IMG/VR virus record: IMGVR_UViG_3300002161_000007
Coordinates: 1 to 64,000 of that record
Direction: 5' to 3' (one strand)
Length of the DNA: 64,000 nt
Source: an uncultured virus (IMG/VR IMGVR_UViG_3300002161_000007)
Taxonomy: Duplodnaviria; Heunggongvirae; Uroviricota; Caudoviricetes
Each line of letters begins with the position of its first letter. Position 1 is the first letter of the stretch. Positions 9,532 through 18,679 of this stretch are shown piece after piece. Position numbers and translations under genes: made by a program. The notes under the pieces are model-generated. The model saw nothing but the letters and a program-made list of their open reading frames with translations, was not told where the DNA came from and did no database searches.

Positions 9532-9990
9532 ATGGAAGGCGGCGCCGATGCAGGCGCCAGCACAACTGACAATGCTGTTGATGGTGGGGGGAGTCTAGGG
9601 ACTCCCCCTACTAATACCAGTTCAGGGATCGGCATTGGACAGGTTTATGCTGGTGCTGGATTCTTTACGGGAGCAATGAAATCCCGTAAGCAACACTTCC
9701 ACGAATCACAGCAACAGTACCGTCGTCCTGATTACGGGACGGGCGACCGAAACCCAATGGTTGGTCCTACACCTGGTCCTAAGGGTGGGATTGATATGCG
9801 TCGCAATATGTCAGGTCTTGGCGTAGGTTACGCCGATGCACTTGACTTGTTTAAGCCAATGCGATCTAACTTAAACAAAACTTCTACAGGTGTTCGTATG
9901 AACCACCGCCCACAAGACCCTATGCGTCGTCGTGCCCAAGGAACCCGTGCTTACGTAGAGTCCAATCCACAGAATGAGGATGGTATCTAA
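9532..9990 (+). CDS. Hypothetical disordered protein
   Basis: Gly/Pro/Arg-rich coupled ORF. Confidence 0.55.
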   Translation: MEGGADAGASTTDNAVDGGGSLGTPPTNTSSGIGIGQVYAGAGFFTGAMKSRKQHFHESQQQYRRPDYGTGDRNPMVGPTPGPKGGIDMRRNMSGLGVGYADALDLFKPMRSNLNKTSTGVRMNHRPQDPMRRRAQGTRAYVESNPQNEDGI

Positions 9991-10748
9991 TGGCTAAAGA
10001 TGGCGGAGAACTATACGTACCAGAAAACGCTGGTGAATTAACTCTTCCAACTGGTCGTGCTTTTGACCCTGTTGCCCATGGCTATAAGCGAGTACTTCCA
10101 AAAAAAGGAAGTAAAAACATTGGGGCTTGGGATCCAAATAATGACTTGGGTTCCCGTATGGATAAATTACACCCAAATCAATTTAGTCGCATGGTTCACA
10201 ACGTTACACATGCAGTAAAAACCGCTAGTCCAGAAGACGTTAAGTCTGGTATGGATTGGTACAAGCGTGCTCACGACTTTGCAACTGAAATTGGCAATGG
10301 CGATGTGCGCCGTGGGGCTGGCGCTATTGCAATATTGAGTGCACAAGTTGGTTGGAATGACAACCAACGGATGGCACGTCAATTAAGGGATACAGGAACT
10401 GCTAGTGGTGGTTTTGTAACGGGAAGACAGGTACGTCAGGCTCGTGAGGTTCTTGAAGGTTCTGTAGACCCAGAACAACACTTACCAATGGATAGAAAAA
10501 CTGGTAATTTCTTTAGAAACATTGTTAACCCAGATGACGCTAGAGGCGTAACAATTGATCGCCACGCCCATGACATCACGGTAGGTCGTGTGCTCGGTAG
10601 TGAAGATCGTGGTTTACAAACACCTACTAGATACAACACATTTGTTCAAGCACACCTTAATGCCGCTGGTCACCTTGGCATACTCCCGCATCAAGCACAA
10701 GCCATCGGCTGGGTAAACTGGCGCCGCCAGAGAGGAATCGTTGATTAA
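9990..10748 (+). CDS. Helical DNA-glycosylase-like (DUF7178-type) protein
   Basis: G..WY..AH, A.LS.Q..W..N, KT..F..NI, VTIDRHA, QAI.W motifs. Confidence 0.5.
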   Translation: MAKDGGELYVPENAGELTLPTGRAFDPVAHGYKRVLPKKGSKNIGAWDPNNDLGSRMDKLHPNQFSRMVHNVTHAVKTASPEDVKSGMDWYKRAHDFATEIGNGDVRRGAGAIAILSAQVGWNDNQRMARQLRDTGTASGGFVTGRQVRQAREVLEGSVDPEQHLPMDRKTGNFFRNIVNPDDARGVTIDRHAHDITVGRVLGSEDRGLQTPTRYNTFVQAHLNAAGHLGILPHQAQAIGWVNWRRQRGIVD

Positions 10749-10750
10749 TC

Positions 10751-10987
10751 ATGACAGATGCATGGGCACTCATCATTGCCACTCTCATTACCACCCTTGC
10801 TGGAGCCATTGGAGCAGGGATTAAACAACTAAAAGAACTTCGTAAAGAAAACCGCAATGACCACGGAATGGTCATGCTTCATTTAAAAACTGTAAGACGT
10901 AGTGTTGAGAACGTGGGCGACAAAGTCCAATCTGTTTCTGAGCGTCTTGACAATCACATTGATTGGCACCTAGACGCCAAGAAGTGA
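10751..10987 (+). CDS. Single-TM membrane protein with coiled-coil tail (lysis-accessory-like)
   Basis: N-terminal hydrophobic helix; ..RLD.HIDWH C-terminus of a type common in actinophages. Confidence 0.55.
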   Translation: MTDAWALIIATLITTLAGAIGAGIKQLKELRKENRNDHGMVMLHLKTVRRSVENVGDKVQSVSERLDNHIDWHLDAKK

Positions 10988-11061
10988 TGCTAGGCACACC
11001 CGTGAATAGGGTGATAGGATGTTCCTGACCGTAATCCTGAATTATAAAAGGTTAGGAACTT

Positions 11062-11361
11062 GTGAAACAAGAAGACCAGAAATCAAGTTTACTGGCGGAC
11101 CTACTCAGCCCGAGGGATAACACTTCGTCTGATACATGTAAGTTCACCCGTACTAAAATGAAAATGACTCCTGAAGAACAGGACGCCATAGACCAAGCCA
11201 TTGGACTCATTCGTGAGGATAACGGTTTAGGAAAAAGCAAAACCTACAGTGCATCATGGCTTACTAAGGTCATGCGTCAACATGGTTACAACGTGAGTAT
11301 TAGTACAATCCAGCGCCACGTCAACAAAGAGTGTTGCTGTTACCAAGGAGGCGCACAATGA
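11062..11361 (+). CDS. Small putative HTH/Zn-binding protein
   Basis: SASWL..VMR..GYNVSISTIQRH..KECCC. Confidence 0.5.
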   Translation: MKQEDQKSSLLADLLSPRDNTSSDTCKFTRTKMKMTPEEQDAIDQAIGLIREDNGLGKSKTYSASWLTKVMRQHGYNVSISTIQRHVNKECCCYQGGAQ

Positions 11362-12512
11362 GTGAATTAGCAAAAGCATTAACAACAACACCACAAGATA
11401 AGACTAAGTTGCTTGGCAAGTTAGTTGAAATGCTTGAGAGCAAGAACATTGACATCAACGAAATTGGTGACATCAAACGTGTCAAGTTGTACCAAGCAAT
11501 GTCAAAAGACTCAGACGGTGAAGCACATATTCATGATCTCGCCGCAATTCAGTTTTCACCTAAGTGGGAAACTGGTCCAGAGTGGCCTGTTGTACAACAA
11601 GGTCCTGCAATTAAAATGCCAGTACCTAAAGCAAAAGTAAAAAAAGCATCTGAGTTTAAAATATGTGTTGTTGTTCCTGACATTCAGATTGGTTACTACC
11701 GTGGTCGTGATGGCACATTAGAACCAACTCATGATGAGAAGGCACTTGATGTTGCACTCAAGATCATTGAAGAGATGAACCCTGACACAGTCATTTGTGT
11801 TGGTGACAACCTTGACTTCCCTGAGATGGGTAAGTACTTGACATACCCTGCGTATGCACAGACAACGCAAGCATCAATTGATCGTGCAACAGTGTTCTGT
11901 GCACAAATGCGTGCGGCGGCTCCTGATGCAGAAATCGTATGGCTTGCTGGTAACCACGAAGAGCGTATGCCTAAATATCTTTTAGTTAACGCATCAGCCG
12001 CTTATGGTTTGCGTAAGGGAAACACCCCAGAATCATGGCCTGTTTTGAGTGTTCCATACCTCTGTCGTATGGATGACTTCAATGTAATTTACAAGCCAGG
12101 TTATCCAGCATCAGATTATTGGGTCAATGAGAAACTGCGAATCATCCACGGCGATCGTGTTAAGTCCTCAGGATCAACGGCGCACATCTATCTCAACAAT
12201 GAAAAGACAAGCGTTATCTATGGGCATATTCATCGCATTGAAACAGCATTTAAAACACGTGAAGACTTTGATGGTCCACGCACCATCATGGCTGCTTCAC
12301 CTGGTTGTCTTGCTCGGATTGACGGCGCCATACCCAGCACAAAAGGTGGGGTAGATCTTGACGGACGTCCGCTTACTCGCCATGAAAATTGGCAACAAGG
12401 CTTGGGTATTGTTCGTTATGAAGACGATAATCAGCATCGTTTCTCTTACGATGTAATTCCAATTTACAACGGTTGGGGCATGTACCAAGGTAAAGAATAC
12501 CAAGCAGACTAA
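11358..12512 (+). CDS. Calcineurin-like metallophosphoesterase
   Basis: PDIQ, GDNLD, GNHE, IHG, GHIH motifs; AAGGAGG RBS. Confidence 0.88.
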   Translation: MSELAKALTTTPQDKTKLLGKLVEMLESKNIDINEIGDIKRVKLYQAMSKDSDGEAHIHDLAAIQFSPKWETGPEWPVVQQGPAIKMPVPKAKVKKASEFKICVVVPDIQIGYYRGRDGTLEPTHDEKALDVALKIIEEMNPDTVICVGDNLDFPEMGKYLTYPAYAQTTQASIDRATVFCAQMRAAAPDAEIVWLAGNHEERMPKYLLVNASAAYGLRKGNTPESWPVLSVPYLCRMDDFNVIYKPGYPASDYWVNEKLRIIHGDRVKSSGSTAHIYLNNEKTSVIYGHIHRIETAFKTREDFDGPRTIMAASPGCLARIDGAIPSTKGGVDLDGRPLTRHENWQQGLGIVRYEDDNQHRFSYDVIPIYNGWGMYQGKEYQAD

Positions 12513-13144
12513 TGACAACGATTGTTGGAATTCAAGGTGACGGCTTTGCTGTGGTATGTGTTGACTCACGTATCTCCACCGTGTTCTCCGATGGTCTTGC
12601 TCAAACTGGAACACTTCGTGAAGGCTCCAGCAAAGTTGCCACTAACGGAAAGTACTTGTTAGGTGCGGCTGGGGATGTGCGTGCAATCAATATCTTGCAT
12701 CATGTCTTTCAGCCCCCAGCAGTTCCACCAAACTTAAAAGGTAAAAAACTAGATCAGTTCTTTACTGCCAAGTTCATTCCTGCGTTACGTGAATGTTTTG
12801 ACGCTCAGGGTTACTCAATACCTGACCTCAACGAAAACAAAGAGCATATTGCCGAGCAGGGATCCAACATTCTTGTTGTGGTCAATGGTGTTATCTATAT
12901 GGTTGATGGAGACTATGCGTGGTCATCTGAAGCCAGTGGTATCTACGCTATTGGATCTGGTGCCCACTATGCCCTAGGTGCTTTACAAGTCATGATGAAT
13001 AAAAAGAAATGGACAGCCCAGCAGGCTAAGACCAGCGCCCTCAAGGCTCTCAATATTGCGGCTCGGTTTGACCCCTACACGGGTCCCCCATACCAAACCT
13101 ACGTACAAGGTCAAGAAAGCATTAGAACCCGTAAAACGGTATAA
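12512..13144 (+). CDS. Proteasome-beta/HslV-like Ntn-hydrolase
   Basis: M-TTIVG N-terminal Thr, DSR, K, GAAGD, AIGSG, D..TG motifs. Confidence 0.85.
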   Translation: MTTIVGIQGDGFAVVCVDSRISTVFSDGLAQTGTLREGSSKVATNGKYLLGAAGDVRAINILHHVFQPPAVPPNLKGKKLDQFFTAKFIPALRECFDAQGYSIPDLNENKEHIAEQGSNILVVVNGVIYMVDGDYAWSSEASGIYAIGSGAHYALGALQVMMNKKKWTAQQAKTSALKALNIAARFDPYTGPPYQTYVQGQESIRTRKTV

Positions 13145-13168
13145 TCTCTTTGAACCTAATCAAGGAGA
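13140..13168 (+). promoter_or_regulatory. -10 box overlapping an RBS-occluding hairpin
   Basis: TATAAT at 13140-13145; TCTCTTTGA/TCAAGGAGA stem 13145-13168 covers AAGGAG. Confidence 0.55.
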
Positions 13169-13171
13169 CTT

Positions 13172-13453
13172 ATGAGTCAATTAAAGACCGCCCATGCAGA
13201 TGCCGCTATTAAAGGTGCCGCCCTCGGTATCCTAACGTTTGCCGCCGCAAAGTACAGCATCTCAACTGAATTGGTTGCATTGCTGTTGCCTTTTGTTGCT
13301 ACTGGTATTTCGCTGGTATCAACCAAAATTGGTCCTGCAAACACCACATTGCTTCTCAAGGTTGCTGAACAAGCAATTGCCGCCGCCCCTGCTAAAGCAG
13401 AACCAGCACCTGTTAAATCCGCAGCAAAGAAAGCCGCTCCAAAAAAGAAGTAA
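13172..13453 (+). CDS. Holin-like two-TM membrane protein with basic Ala/Lys/Pro tail
   Basis: Two hydrophobic segments; C-terminus KSAAKKAAPKKK. Confidence 0.5.
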   Translation: MSQLKTAHADAAIKGAALGILTFAAAKYSISTELVALLLPFVATGISLVSTKIGPANTTLLLKVAEQAIAAAPAKAEPAPVKSAAKKAAPKKK

Positions 13454-13492
13454 GATATTCATATCCTCCTTTTTTGTGGAAAGATATAACTA

Positions 13493-15190
13493 ATGGCTAT
13501 TGATTTTTGGTCACCCTCGTATCGTGCATCTTCAAGTGACCTCACAGTTGCTATCTCTCCGCTTGGATTGGTTGAACTTGCAGACGAAGAGTTTGAAGTT
13601 CATGGACCACGTCTAAACCGTTATTCTGCGGCTTGGGCGTGGTACCTAGGTCACCACTGGTCATACCGCCGTGAGATGGGCGAGTCACAGTTCTACATGA
13701 ACTATGTCCGTACCATGTCGGACTACATCACCAACTTCTGTTTTGGTAAGGGCGTTCAGTTTAAAGTACCTGAGCAAAACGGTGCTATCACCCCACACTT
13801 GCTCCATAAAGTTTGGGATCAAGATAACAACAAACATTATGTGCTTTGGGAAATGGGTCAACTTGCTTCGGTAACTGGTGATGTGTTCGTTAAAGTTGCT
13901 TACGAAGAACCATTTGTTGACAGCGTAGGTATTCCACATGAAGGTCGTGTGCGTGTTATTCCTTTAAACCCAGCACACTGTTTCCCTGAGTACCACCCGC
14001 ATGACCGTGACCGTTTGATTCGTTTTAAACTTAAGTATCGCTTCTGGGGGACATCACCAGAAGGAACTCGTCAAGTTTATACATTTACTGAGATCCTTAC
14101 TGACGACACTGTCCAGCAATTTATTAACGACGAATTAGTTGACCAATACGAAAACGTTCTTGGAACTATCCCTGTTGTACATATTCCAAACACATCAATC
14201 TCTTCGTCACCTTGGGGTCAGTCGGACATTTGGGACATCATCCCTCTCAACCGTGAACTCAACGAGAAGATGGTTGAAGTCTCAGACATCATTAACTATC
14301 ACGCCGCTCCTGTAACCATTATTACTGGCGCTAAGGCTTCACAACTAGAGCGTGGTCCTAAAAAGGTTTGGGCTGGTCTTCCTAAGGACGCAAACGTGTT
14401 CAACCTTGAATCACGTGGTGAGATGGCTGGCGCTTTGGAATACATCACTTTCTTGAAGCGCACCATGCACGAAATCACTGGTGTGCCTGAGACTGCTCTT
14501 GGTCAATTCCAGCCAGTATCTAACACTTCAGGTGTTGCTTTGGCTATCCAATATCAGCCAATGATGAACCGTTTTATGATGAAAAAGATTCACTTTACAA
14601 AGGGTCTTGAGCGTATTAACGAAATCATCATTCGCACGGTTGCTATTTTCCAGCCTGAGTATTTGTCGTATAACCCATTGCTTGCGGCTGAACCAGAGCC
14701 AGATCAACTCCCACAGTTGGATCCTGCTGACCCTGTCACTTACAAAACAACGGTGCACTGGCCTGAACCACTGCCTGTTGACCAACTCATCAAACTCAAT
14801 GAAGTTCAAGCCAAGATGGCTTTGGGTCTTGAGTCCAAGCGTGGCGCCCTTGCCTTGTTGGGCGAAGAGTTCCCGAACGAAAAGATGCTTGAAATCTTTG
14901 AAGAGTTGCAAAATGACGCCTTGGACCAAGGTGCTCTTGACATGATGAACGCACAGATTCAGCAAGCCATCATGCTTGCTACAGGAATGATTGCAGGACC
15001 AGAGGGTGCGTCTCCCGCACCTGCTCCTTCTGGAAGTGGTAATGTAACATCATCTAGTGATGGTAACTCTCCATTACCAGGTGTTGGTGGAGGTATTCCA
15101 CCAATTGAAGAAGAGATAGTAAACAAATTAGTTTCACGGGCATACGGAGCAAGGTTCGCCCAGCGCCGTAACCCAGACGAAGACAATTAA
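13493..15190 (+). CDS. Portal protein
   Basis: 565 aa; G.IPVVHIPN...WGQSD, SGVAL.I...P motifs of SPP1 gp6-like portals; position before scaffold and MCP. Confidence 0.88.
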   Translation: MAIDFWSPSYRASSSDLTVAISPLGLVELADEEFEVHGPRLNRYSAAWAWYLGHHWSYRREMGESQFYMNYVRTMSDYITNFCFGKGVQFKVPEQNGAITPHLLHKVWDQDNNKHYVLWEMGQLASVTGDVFVKVAYEEPFVDSVGIPHEGRVRVIPLNPAHCFPEYHPHDRDRLIRFKLKYRFWGTSPEGTRQVYTFTEILTDDTVQQFINDELVDQYENVLGTIPVVHIPNTSISSSPWGQSDIWDIIPLNRELNEKMVEVSDIINYHAAPVTIITGAKASQLERGPKKVWAGLPKDANVFNLESRGEMAGALEYITFLKRTMHEITGVPETALGQFQPVSNTSGVALAIQYQPMMNRFMMKKIHFTKGLERINEIIIRTVAIFQPEYLSYNPLLAAEPEPDQLPQLDPADPVTYKTTVHWPEPLPVDQLIKLNEVQAKMALGLESKRGALALLGEEFPNEKMLEIFEELQNDALDQGALDMMNAQIQQAIMLATGMIAGPEGASPAPAPSGSGNVTSSSDGNSPLPGVGGGIPPIEEEIVNKLVSRAYGARFAQRRNPDEDN

Positions 15191-15241
15191 GGTTTAGAAA
15201 AACAGTTATTAACCGCCAAACAACCTATAAGGATAAGACAT

Positions 15242-16039
15242 ATGGCAAAGAACGTAGGTCCCGAAGGGGACATCATTACCGTTCCTGTAGACGCTCCAGC
15301 AGTGGAGAAGTTTGTAGAGAACGCTACTAAGAACAGCAAGATCTTCACGGAAGATGACGTGGAACAGATCCGCAAGCAGGAGAAAGACAAACTCTACAAG
15401 CGGATTGAAGAAGCCGACACCCGTGTAAGGACTATGGAAGAGCAGATGAGCCAGATCGCCGCAGAGCGTGAAGCCGCCCGCAAAGAAGCAGAGGAGCGTG
15501 CTAGTAAAGAAGCCGACATCCTGCGTCAACGGGAGATTGAAGAACTCAGCGCCAAGGACCTCCTTGCCAAGCGTGAAGAGGAATTCAACCAGAAACTGCA
15601 AGAGATTGACGGAGACTACAAGCGCCGCTTTGACGAGATTGAAGCACAGCGTCAAGCACAAGAGGCGATCATTGAAAAAGAGCGCCGTCTTCAAGAACTT
15701 GGGTCCTACCGCAACCGTAGGTTGGCAGAGGAACAAGAAGCGATCATTCCAGAATTAATAGACCTAGTGTCTGGTAATTCGGAAGACGAGATTGAAACAT
15801 CCATTAGTGTACTTCGTGACCGAAGTGCTGCTATTATTGAATCAATCCAACAAGCGACGGCGCAACAGCAAAGTCGTTTGAGAGGGGTGCCAGTAACGGC
15901 TCCCTCTGTAGGGCCAATGGAAACTCAGACGGAATACCAACAGTTGAATGCGGATGACATCCGTAACATGACAATGGATCAGTATGCGAAAATGCGTGAT
16001 CGGCTACTTAATGCCCGCCCCAATAGGGGTAGGTTCTAA
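15242..16039 (+). CDS. Capsid scaffolding protein
   Basis: Highly charged coiled coil, FTEDDVEQIRKQEKDKLY, C-terminal IRNMTMDQYAKMR; lies between portal and MCP. Confidence 0.8.
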   Translation: MAKNVGPEGDIITVPVDAPAVEKFVENATKNSKIFTEDDVEQIRKQEKDKLYKRIEEADTRVRTMEEQMSQIAAEREAARKEAEERASKEADILRQREIEELSAKDLLAKREEEFNQKLQEIDGDYKRRFDEIEAQRQAQEAIIEKERRLQELGSYRNRRLAEEQEAIIPELIDLVSGNSEDEIETSISVLRDRSAAIIESIQQATAQQQSRLRGVPVTAPSVGPMETQTEYQQLNADDIRNMTMDQYAKMRDRLLNARPNRGRF

Positions 16040-16077
16040 AACCTATAACAACCATTAATCCTTAGGAGGATTAGAAC

Positions 16078-17166
16078 ATGGCTTTTCCAGCCCCAACAGG
16101 TGGTGCGGTTACAGGAGCAAACCTAGGGTCAATTACGACCACTGGTTACTCAAGTGACTCAACACTTTCACCCGCAATTCAGCAAATCTGGTCCAAGGAA
16201 ATCTTGTTCCAAGCAATGCCAGTACTCCGTTTTGAACAGTTCGCAGTGAAGAAGACCGAACTCGGCGTGATGCCAGGTCTCACTGTTAACTTCATGCGTT
16301 ACAACAACCTTTCGGTTGATGCTAACGGTTCAGAATTGGTTGAAGGCGTCCGCATGGAACCATCGGCTCTCTCGGCTTCCCAGATCCAAATCACCGTTAA
16401 AGAACAAGGTAAGTCGGTTGCAGTAACCGAACTTCTCTTGAACGCTTCGTTTGATGACGTTATGGCATCGTCCAGCCGCTTGCTCGGTCGTCACATGGCA
16501 CAGTCCATGGACGTTCAGGCACGCAACACGCTGTACAGCACTGGCGTTCCATTCGGTGGCGGTGCCGCAGTTGCTCCAAACGTAGTCTTTGGTCGCAAGA
16601 CCAACGGTTCAACCCGTGGATCAATTGCTCCTTACGAGTACTCGGCAGCAGGTTCGGCTTCGGCTCCTGGCTACCTCTCACCAGCAACCATTAAGGACGC
16701 TGTTGAAGTACTTGCAGGTCAAAACATCCCACGTCTTGGCGACACTTATGTTTGCTTCGTACACCCAGCACAGGCACGTTCACTCCGTGACTGGCCTGAG
16801 TTCATTGAAGTAACGAAGTATGCCGCTCCAGGAAACTTCATGCTCGGTGAAATCGGTCGTATTTACGACGTAGTGTTCATTGAAACCACCCAAGTACTCA
16901 AGGGCGGTACGGACATTGTTGACTTGGCTCCAGGAACCGCTGGTTACCAGGATCCAACTGAAACTTCGTACAGCGCAATGATGATCGGTGACAACGCATT
17001 CGGTCAGGCAATTGCCCTGCCAGTTGAACTCCGTGACGGTGGCGTAATTGACTTCGGTCGTGAGCATGGTCTCGCTTGGTACGCAATCTGGGGCTTCGGT
17101 GTTCTTACACACGAATCCCGAGTATTGATCAACACCAAGGGTGGAGCAATCAACGACTCCTTCTAA
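16078..17166 (+). CDS. Major capsid protein (N4-gp56-like, HK97 fold)
   Basis: PVLRFEQFA, YVCFVHP.Q...L, GEIGRI..V.FIET, DFGR..GLAWY; AGGAGG RBS; strongly biased codon use. Confidence 0.92.
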   Translation: MAFPAPTGGAVTGANLGSITTTGYSSDSTLSPAIQQIWSKEILFQAMPVLRFEQFAVKKTELGVMPGLTVNFMRYNNLSVDANGSELVEGVRMEPSALSASQIQITVKEQGKSVAVTELLLNASFDDVMASSSRLLGRHMAQSMDVQARNTLYSTGVPFGGGAAVAPNVVFGRKTNGSTRGSIAPYEYSAAGSASAPGYLSPATIKDAVEVLAGQNIPRLGDTYVCFVHPAQARSLRDWPEFIEVTKYAAPGNFMLGEIGRIYDVVFIETTQVLKGGTDIVDLAPGTAGYQDPTETSYSAMMIGDNAFGQAIALPVELRDGGVIDFGREHGLAWYAIWGFGVLTHESRVLINTKGGAINDSF

Positions 17167-17195
17167 TTTCTTAGAAGAAAAATGAAGTAGAGTGT

Positions 17196-17222
17196 AAGGG
17201 CGGGGGAAACCCCGCCCTTTAT
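17196..17222 (+). terminator. Intrinsic terminator after MCP
   Basis: AAGGGCGGGG-GAAA-CCCCGCCCTT followed by TAT. Confidence 0.8.
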
Positions 17223-17255
17223 CTCATAATTAACTCAAACAACTAGGAGAATGTA

Positions 17256-17492
17256 ATGGCAATAAAAAAAGCCAATATCTTTGCTGAACCTGTGGAAGCA
17301 GACGAAGCACCTGCTGTAGAAGTACAGCCAACTGTTGTTAACAGTGACACGATCAGTGCCCGTGTGAAGGGTACATGGACGATGTTCTGGGGACAGCATT
17401 CATTTAATTTTGAGGATGGTTCACGCTACACACTTCCACGTGACCTCTACAATTATTTGCGCAAAAGCGGAAATATCTACGACACTCTCTGA
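17256..17492 (+). CDS. Small head-associated hypothetical protein
   Basis: AGGAG RBS; immediately after MCP. Confidence 0.6.
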   Translation: MAIKKANIFAEPVEADEAPAVEVQPTVVNSDTISARVKGTWTMFWGQHSFNFEDGSRYTLPRDLYNYLRKSGNIYDTL

Positions 17493-17500
17493 GGTAAATA

Positions 17501-18673
17501 ATGGCTGGTTTTACAGTCCCCAATGCAACCGACTATGCAGTTGGTGGGATCATTGCATCGCTGGATCAAGCAGAACCAGACTCACTTGACTTCTCGTCAT
17601 TATCTGACCGCCGTGATGCGGTACTTAGTGGTGGTGGCTATACCTCTGTTACAACGGCGTCAGGTAACCCTACGCCCGCTTATCTCAACGTAGTACTTGC
17701 TGCTTCAGAGGTTCGCATTGATGGAGTGTATAGCACTATCGCTAGTGGCACAGTTATCGTCCCCCTTGCTGAGGTTAACAGCGATGCTCGCTTTGATTTA
17801 ATTGTTGCTTATAACAACGGTGGTACCTTTCAATACGCCGTAGTATCAGGTACTGCAAGTAGTACAAACCCAGTATTCCCAACGCTTCCAGACACTCAAA
17901 TCCCGCTGTATGCGGTGTATGTAAAGAACACTTTTAACACCACCTACACCACTGAACTCCTTGTAGATAAGCGCATTTTTGATCTTACTTCTCTAACCCG
18001 TTCTGCAAGCGGTGCACCAGCAGGCAGTCTTGGAAATGTTGGAGATGTTTATTTAAACACGACTAGCCCGTCAAATAATGGTCAATCACAGATCTACGTA
18101 AAGACTGGTGCTTCATCATGGGTAAACCTCGCTACATACGTAGCAATGGCTTCAGCCAATACGGCTAATGCTTTAGTACAACGTGATGGTAGCGGTAACT
18201 TTACAGCAGGAACTATTACGGCAACTACCTTCTCAGGATCAGGCGCATCTCTTACAAACATCCCAGGGTCTGCATTAGACAACACATCTGTGGCGACTGG
18301 AAAGATTGCTGATGGTGCCATCACTGTTGCCAAACTTGCTACTGGAGCGCCACGTGCAGGTTTTAACTCTACTCGTTCAACAACTACTGGAAACTACACA
18401 GTGTCTACTTCTGATGTAGGTAAGTTGGTGGAGTTAAGTGCAACTAGTGCAGACATTACCGTAACCGTTCCAGGAACTGGTTTTGCTGACGGTGATCATA
18501 TTGACCTTCTTCAAACCTCCTCTAACACCTACCGTGTCACTATTCAAGGTGACACAGGTGTTACTGTGAGTGCAGAAGGTAACAAAAGAACACTAAAAGC
18601 GCAATGGGCTGGGGCCACTTTGATTAATCGTGGTACCAACACGTGGGTTCTTATCGGCAACTTGACTGCGTAG
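17501..18673 (+). CDS. Fibre/structural protein
   Basis: RFDLIVAY N-domain, ANALVQRDGSGNF.AGTITA and KIADGAITVAKLA fibre motifs, C-terminal ..TNTWVLIGNL. Confidence 0.65.
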   Translation: MAGFTVPNATDYAVGGIIASLDQAEPDSLDFSSLSDRRDAVLSGGGYTSVTTASGNPTPAYLNVVLAASEVRIDGVYSTIASGTVIVPLAEVNSDARFDLIVAYNNGGTFQYAVVSGTASSTNPVFPTLPDTQIPLYAVYVKNTFNTTYTTELLVDKRIFDLTSLTRSASGAPAGSLGNVGDVYLNTTSPSNNGQSQIYVKTGASSWVNLATYVAMASANTANALVQRDGSGNFTAGTITATTFSGSGASLTNIPGSALDNTSVATGKIADGAITVAKLATGAPRAGFNSTRSTTTGNYTVSTSDVGKLVELSATSADITVTVPGTGFADGDHIDLLQTSSNTYRVTIQGDTGVTVSAEGNKRTLKAQWAGATLINRGTNTWVLIGNLTA

Positions 18674-18679
18674 CCTCTG

